Shown here: in pieces, positions 52,701 to 61,550 of the stretch | How the letters are laid out: each line of letters opens with the position of its first letter | Position numbering within the stretch: position 1 is the first letter of the stretch | Assembly: GCA_964016885.1 (NCBI GenBank) | Contig: OZ024741.1 | Span: 318,928,001 to 318,992,000, forward strand | DNA: 64,000 nucleotides | Origin: Eledone cirrhosa | Lineage: Eukaryota | Direction: 5' to 3' | The notes under the pieces: generated by a model | What the model saw: the letters and a program-made list of their open reading frames with translations, nothing else | Told to the model about the DNA's origin: nothing | Databases searched by the model: none | Translations under genes and position numbers: made by a program

Positions 52701-54170
52701 TCAATTCTGCACGATAATTTGGGACTAAGCAGTGGCTTCCACGTGGATCATCGGGGCCAATCAAGTTCAAATCTCAAAAGTCGGATCAAAATGTGATGGC
52801 CACCATTTTCTGGGATTCAGATGGGGTGATACTAATAGATTATCTTGAAGGTCAAAGAACTGTGACAGGAGCTTACTATGCAAATGTTTTAAGGAAGCTG
52901 AAAGAGGCATCAATCAAGAAACGAAAAGGGAAACTTCATGGTGGGATCTTGTTTCATCATGATAATGCACCAGCGCATTCTGCACAGGTTGCAAAAGAAG
53001 TTCTTCGAGAATTTCGATGGGAAGTGCTTCCTCACCCGCCTTATAGTCCAGATTTAGCCCCATCAGACTTTTTCCTCTTTCCAAAACTCAAAGAAATACT
53101 AAAAGGAACCCGTTTTAGTGGTGTTGAAGAAGCTAAAAACACTGCCAACACATGGCTTCGAACAAGGCCTTCAACTTTCTTTAGAGACAGCTTACGAAGC
53201 TGGAAGCATCGCCTTGTTAAGTGTATTGACCTGGATGGCAACCATGTAGAAAATAAATTGAAGGTAAAGCCAGAAGCTTTCCCCCTTCAACAGCAATGCA
53301 ACACACGAGCTGTAATTTATGAAGCTGTGGTCACTTCCAACCGACCAAACCAACCACAGGAGGTCAAATCCTATATGGGCATGGCGGAGGGCCGATTTAA
53401 GGAACGTTTCTTGAACCACCAGTCAACCTTTAGATACCTGGGCAGACATTCATCCACGAAACTCGCGAGCCACGTATGGTCCCTCAAGGACTCAGGCATA
53501 GACTACTCCATTCAATGGAAAGCCATCACTAAGTCCAAGCCATACGCAAGGGGAAATCCGCCGTGTGGCTTATGTATTGATGAACGAATAACTATTCTAA
53601 AGAGATTATGCAATAGAGATTCCCTAAACACGAGAAATGAATTTTTCACACGTCCACACGTCGCCAAACACCTATTGCATAACTACAGAGCTCCGGATTG
53701 AATAATTGTAATTTTCTTATCAACTAAAAACTTTTCGGACTTTCGCAGGTATCTCTCTTACACCTCTCGCACGCATTCTAGTATTGCCTGTGCGAAGTGA
53801 CCGGTTTCTGCGCATGCGCGTTCATACGGTTGTCCTTCCTGTTCCTATAACCATGCCCATTCCGAGCTGAGGATCCGCTAAGGTGAAACAATTGTTCTCG
53901 GTATGGTGAACTAACTGTAGTGTAACCACTTCTATATAAATATATAATTATATATAAATAAATATAAATATATATATAAATATAAAAGTTCCATATATTT
54001 TATTATGCACATTTCGAAAACAACATCATCCTGGGACAACAATTGTGTTCTCATCAGATAAAATAAGGTAACATGATATGAGGCCTAAAAACACTTGTGA
54101 ACAAGAAAGTGTCCAATCAACATATGTTGACTGGACACTTTCATGTGCATATATATAAATAAATATATAT

Positions 54171-54201
<31 letters not shown>

Positions 54202-55834
54202 AATAAATATAAATATATATAAATATAAGTATATATAAATATATATATAAATATATATATAAAAATATATATATATATAACTAGTGACAAAACATAAGTC
54301 AATTGCATGAACTCATAATTCTTTATTTACTGCTATATATATTCCGATGATAGCTATTGAATGGCTATGACCTCATCAGGCAGTTAGTCAGTTCTTAGAT
54401 ATGCCAGCTCTGTGTGTATAGTGTTGATGGTATCAGAGCCTTTGGACATATGTATATATATATATATCCATATATATAAATATATAAAATATATATATAA
54501 ATATATATATATATAAATAAATATAAATATATATGGCTTATGGAGGCATATGGCTTAGTGGTTAGAGCATTGGCCTTGCAATCGAAAGGTTTTGATTTCA
54601 ATTCTCAGACTGAGCGATGTGTTGTTTCCTTGAGCAAGAGACTTTATTTCACATTTCTCCAGTTTACTCAGCTGTAGAAATGAGATGATAGGGACTGGGG
54701 TCGTTATCTTTCCACTGCAAAGTGGTCGTGGAGGTGCCACGGCAAAAAAGCACCCAGCACTCACTGTAAATGAGGTTGGTGTTAGGAAGGGCATCCAGCT
54801 GTAGAAATCATGCCAGAATCAGTTCCCGTCCCACCCTTGCAAGAGGGTTCTATAGAAATAGTGGACAGCTTCCGTTACCTGGGTGACAAAATCAGTAGCG
54901 GGGGAGGGTGCTCTGAAAGTACAGTAGCTAGAGTCAGAACTGGATGGAAAAAGTTCAGAGAGCTTATACCACTATTAGCCGCTAAAGGGTTCTCCCTAAA
55001 AATGAAAGGCAGGTTGTATGATGCCTGCATACGAACAGCAATGTTGCATGGCAGTGAGACCTGGGCATTGTGTGCAGAGGATATACGCAGACTAGAGAGG
55101 AACGAAGCTTGCATGCTCCGCTGGATGTGTAACAGTAATATACGTGAACGGCAAAGCATAAACGAACTAAGGAAAAAATTAGAAATAAGAGGGATCAGAT
55201 GTTGTTTACTCGAGAGAAGGCTACGTTGGTATGGACACGTGATGCGCATGAAAGTCGATAGCTGTATAACAAAGTGCAGGGCAATAAAGATAGACGGTAG
55301 CCACGGAATAGGCACACCTAGAAAAACCTGGGACGAGCTGATAAACTCCGACCTCACTCACTTACACCTCTCCAAGACAATGTCACTGGACCGAGACCTT
55401 TCGCGGTACTCAGTAACAGAGAAGACTAGCCTTACCTAAATACATAGTAAAACCTACTACAGCCAGTAGGCATCTCTAACAAAATACACCCCGTCTTACC
55501 ACCCCCACCCCATCCACACCACCCCCTTCTATGTAAAGTTATGTCGGTGCCACGCCATCCAGGCCGAAACAAATGAGATTGTGTAGGTGTCACGACAAAA
55601 AAACACACAGTCCGCGCTGTAATGTGGCCGTGTAGGCAACACGGTAAAAACCTCCCAGACCCACACTGTAAATGTGGTTGGTGTTAGGAAGGGCATCCAA
55701 CTGTAGAAAACCTGCCAGACAATCCTATGCGAGCAAGACAATCACTCTTGCCTCAAGTGGGAATACCCCCGTCTAAACCCATGCAAGCGTGGAACACGGA
55801 CGTTAAACGTTGATGATGATGATGATGATGATAT

Positions 55835-55879
<45 letters not shown>

Positions 55880-55919
55880 TATCATCATCATCATTTCATT
55901 TTACGTCTGCTTTTCCCAT

Positions 55920-55968
<49 letters not shown>

Positions 55969-56259
55969 AATATATATATAAATATATATATATATATAAA
56001 TATATATATAAATATATATATATATATAAATATATATATAAATATATATATATATATAAATATATATATAAATATATATATATATATAAATATATATATA
56101 AATATATATATAAATATATATATATATATAAATATATATATAAATATATATACATATACATATAAATATATATACATATATATATAAATATATATATATA
56201 TAAATATAAATATATATATATATAAATATATATATATATAAATATATATATATATAAAT

Positions 56260-56290
<31 letters not shown>

Positions 56291-56309
56291 AATATATATA
56301 TATATAAAT

Positions 56310-56376
<67 letters not shown>

Positions 56377-59300
56377 AATATATATATATATAAATATATA
56401 TATATATAAATATATATATAAAAAAAAATATATATATATATATATAAATGGAGGCACATGGCTTAGTGGTTAGAGCATTGGCCTTGCAATCGAAAGGTTG
56501 TGTGTTCAATTCTCAGACTGGGTGATGTGTTGTTTCCTTGAGCAAGACCATTTATTTCACATTGCTCCAGTTTACTCAGCTGTAGAAATGGGGTCCCTAT
56601 CATTCCATTGTAAAGTGGACGTGTAGGTGCCACGTAAAAAAAAACACCCAGCACTCACTGTAAATGAGGTTGGTGTTAGGAAGGGCATCCAGCTGTAGAA
56701 ATCAAGCCAGAACCAGTTCCCATCCCACCCTTGCAAGCAGGGAAAAGCGGACATAAAATGATGATGATGATATATATACTAGACCACACTTGAACCGTTG
56801 GGTCACGTTCACTTCAAAATATTTTTTTAAAAGTCATGTTCACTTAAAAATAATTTTTAAATAATTAAAATATACACAGACATGTATATAATGTGAAATG
56901 AAACTGGAAGGCTCATATATATAGATGTGTGTATGTATATATATAAATGTGTGTGTGCATACATTGGAAAGGAACGAAGCATGCATGCTCCGTTGTGTAA
57001 TAGTAATATATATGAACGGCAAAACATAAATGATCTAAGTGAGAAATTAGGAATAAGAAGGATCAGGTGCTGTTTAATTGAGAGAAGACTACGTTGGGAT
57101 GGTCACATAATGCGCATGAAAGACGACAGCTGTATAAAAAAGTGTAGGGCGATCAAAATTGATGGAAGTTACGGAGTAGGTAGACTCAGAGAAACCTGGG
57201 ACGATTTGATAAATTCCGACCTTACACACTGCACCTCTTTAAGACAATGCCACTGACCGGACCGAGATCTTTGGCTCTACGCAGTAATACAGAAGACCCG
57301 CCTTGCCTATGTACAAAGCGAAACCTACAGTCAGTAGGCACCTCTTAACCAAATATACATCCCAATCCACTACCCCTATTCATCCTCCCACCAACACCAC
57401 CCTTTCTCTGTAAAGTTGGTTCAACAACATCCAGTCCAAATAAATTAGATAAAGAGAACGAGATCATGTAGGTGTCACAACAAAAAAACACAGTCCACGC
57501 TGTAATGTGGCCGTGTAGGTAACACGGTAAAAAGTTCCCAGTCCACACTGTAAATGTGGTTGGTGTTAGGAAAGGCATCCAGCCGTAGAAAACCTGCCAG
57601 ATAGTCCTATATGAGCGAGACACGGTCACCCGACCAACTTTGCCTCAAATTGGGACAACTCCCGTCTAACCCATGCTACCATGGAAGACGGACGTTAAAC
57701 GATGATGATGATGATGATATATGTGTGTGTGAGTGGTGTATGTGTATATATATATGTGGGTGTCTGTGATCTATATACATTGGTCATAGACACACACACT
57801 CATATATATATATATATACACACACAACAACTCTTGCAAGCAGGCAAAAGCAGACGTAAAATGATGATGATGATGATGATGACGATGAACAACACCACCA
57901 GCTCTCTCCCTCCTCCATTCTCCTTCTGTCTCCACTCCCTCTCTGTGTCTCTTTCAATCTACTCTCTCACAACCACTATGTCTTTCTCTGTTTATGAAGG
58001 TACCCGTAAAAACCCCATATCTCGGGAACCCATGCTCTGATTGACGCGAAACTTGTTTTATTCCATTTGTATTCCCATTTCAGGGTCAACTTCCTTTCAA
58101 AGTATTTTCCCATTATGCACCCTTTTGGCTGTATTACATTACAGACAAGCAAGCAATCACAGAATTTTAGTAGTATATATATATACACACACAAGTAGTA
58201 CTTAATTACAACTATACAATACAGCAAAATAAATCAAATAAATTTAATAAACGACTAAAACTACCAAAATGCAATATTCTACTCATAATTTGAGAGTAAA
58301 CAATATTTTGCATAAAAGTAATTCCTCTTTTAGATTTGGTATTGCTGTCACCACCACCACCACCTCAATTGTCCCTCTCTCTTGTACACACACTCATACA
58401 ACCCTCTTTCCTCCACAGCATGACGTACTGTTTATGCCAAAGACACACTAGCTTTAATGTAGACAAAGAAATAGACCTACTATTTACTACAGGGATAACG
58501 ATGACATTACCATACAGTTGCAATATAAAAATACATATGGAAACAAAATGAGGTAAATGCTTCACTGTGTAACAATTTGCATGACATGTTGGGCAAATTT
58601 CTTCTGCTATAGCTTTGAATTGACCAATGCCTTGTGAGCAGAATTTGGTAGACAGAAACTGCAGAAATGGATATGCATATACGTGTGTGTGCGTGTGCGC
58701 GTGTATATATATATATATATACATATAGGCACATGGCTTGGTGGTTAGAGCATTGGGCTTGCAATCAAAAGGTTGTGAGTTCAATTCTCAGACTGAGTGA
58801 TGTGTTGTTTCCTTGAGCAAGACACTTTATTTCACATTGCTCCAGTTTACTCAGCTGTAGAAATGAGATGATAGGGACTGGGTCCTTATCATTCCACTGT
58901 AAAGTGGTCGTGGAGGTGCCACGCCAAAAAAGCACCCAGCACTCACTGTAAATGAGGTTGGTGTTAGGAAGGGCATCCAGCTGTAGAAATCAAGCCAGAA
59001 TCAGTTCCCGTCCCACCCTTGCAAGCAGGGAAAAGCGGACGTAAAATGAAATGATGATGATGATATATATTGAACCAGACAATTAGATATCACCTAGGGT
59101 CGCCGCTTTCCACACGCTCAATGATTTTACAGAAATCGTATGTTGCAAATACAAATCTGCAATCAGAGCGGACACAATACGTTACATAATGAATACACAG
59201 ATTTCATGGGAACGCATATCACCCTGAACTATACAGTTTCATTACCGCATCCAGGTGCATAAGCAAAATACCAAAAGAATTGAGAAAACTTTCAAGAAAA

Positions 59301-61501
59301 TTTGCGTAGTCAATATATATATATATATATACACACACATAATCTGCATGACCTTTCCAAAGTACTATATGTGTGTGTGTATGTTTAGGTCCCTTAGTGG
59401 TTCAACAAAAAAAAAAAAGTCAATAAAATAGATATCAGATTTGAATAAATAAACATGGGGTTGATACGACCTACTAAATCAAAGTGGTGCTCCAACTGTC
59501 TTATGACTGAAACAAGTAAGGCTTCAGCTTAGTTGCAACAAGTGTAAAAACAGAGTATGCACATTATAATAAAGCCAGAAAGAAAAAAAAAAAAAAAAAA
59601 AAAAAGGGGGCTAACTTCAATAGAAATATTTTTTTAAATCAACATACCTGTCTGTTAAATCTGCTCCAAATTTTTCCTCAAGTTTCCGTCGAACTTTTTT
59701 TGCCGACAGAGAAGAGAGATCTGCACCTTTGAGAATTTCTGAAACCAAAGAGATCATTCATGTTAGTTACACTCATTTCCAATAATATCATCATCACCAC
59801 CGTTTAACGTCTGCTTTCCCATGCTGGCATGGATTAGACGAGTTATCCTGTTTTGAGTAATGTCATAGTCAGGTGACCATGTCATGCACGTACAGGACCG
59901 ATTTTGGCTTGATTTCTACAATTGGATGCCCTTCCTAGCTCCAACCTCATTTATAGTGAGTACTAGATGCTTTTTGCTGTGATACCTACACAACCACTTT
60001 ACAGTGAGGACTGGGTGCTTTTTCTCATGACACCTACACTGCCACGACTAAGTGCTTTTTGTCATAACACCTACACAACCACGTTACAGTGTGGACTAGG
60101 TAGTTTTTGTCGTAGCACCTACACTACCACTTTACAGTGTGGGCTGGGAGCTTTTGCCGTACACGACTTCTTTTCAGTGTGGACTTTGTGCTTTTTGCCG
60201 TGACACCTACACAACCACTTTATAGAGTGGGCTGGGCGCTTTTTGTCATGTCGCCTACACAACCACTTTAAAGATGTAGTATATATCATGTAAAAAAAAT
60301 TGGTCTTCCTTAAAGGAGGATGTTGATAGAAAAACGGCAGCTATAGTAGCGATAATACCAAATTCTTTTTTATTGTAATCCCATGGAGTAACAAGACTGA
60401 TGGTTGTTTTTAATTAAAATGTGGAATTTCTATGAAGTCAGTTTTATATAACATTTTATACACGTGAAGGTGTATGTGTATGTATATATATATATATGCA
60501 TCTGTATATAAAATGTATTCAACTTTAATACCTGGTGGTTGTTTCTAATCAAAATATGGAATTTCCACGAGGGTCACTTAATATAATTAAAACTGGGCTT
60601 TTTATTTTTATTAATATTGAGCATGATGGATTGGCAGAATCATTAGAGCTTCTAACAAAATGCCTTACAGTATTTCTAGTCATTCCTGCAGGAGAAATAA
60701 AATGAAGTACCTGCCGTGTACTAAGGTTGCTTTGATTGCTTTTCCCCTTCCTCAAATATAGCCATCCCTGTGTCTAAACTAGAAATCATTATTTTAAGTT
60801 TTTTCATAAAGTGATAGACGGTATGTAAACAATGGAATTGACATATTACGACACCGAAAGGCATATATGTGTATAATTAAATATATGTCTGTGTGTATAT
60901 GTATATATATGTGTGTGTGTGTATATATATATATGTCTGCCTGTATATATATGTGTGCGCGTGTATTACGGAAAATGCCGATTCCATTGTTTACATTCCG
61001 TCTCCCATTTAAGGAAATTATTAATATATTTATTGTTTAGCCCTAGGTCAGCCTGGATCAAAGGCCATGATAATCTTGTCTTTTTATTCAGGTAAAGTTT
61101 TGTACAGACTACATCAATTGGTAATCACTCGTTTTAAGATCAATCGCAGACAACTTCTAGTAATTTTCGAATGTGAGAAGAAGAATAATTTTAAAATAAA
61201 TTTGATAAACATAATTCTAATCTAGACTTTCAAAAATGTATCTCTGTAAAATATAGATTATTTAGAATGTTATGAGGAAACAAACTGCAGTTATACACTA
61301 CAGTTTAGTGCCCCCACCTAACTTAGTTTCCTCATAACTTTATATATTACATATTTTGCAGAAATACATTTTCGAAAGTGTAGATTACGATTACTCTTAT
61401 AAAATATAGGGTGTCGTCGTCCCCCCCTCCCCCCTAAAAAAAATGTATACACATATTTATTAGAATGCTGTTGAAGTGTATATATATATATATTTTGGGA
61501 T

Positions 61502-61550
<49 letters not shown>

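Noticed and set aside
55891-56509. 187-202 aa YI-repeat ORFs
   Set aside because: Translations of a (TA)n microsatellite.
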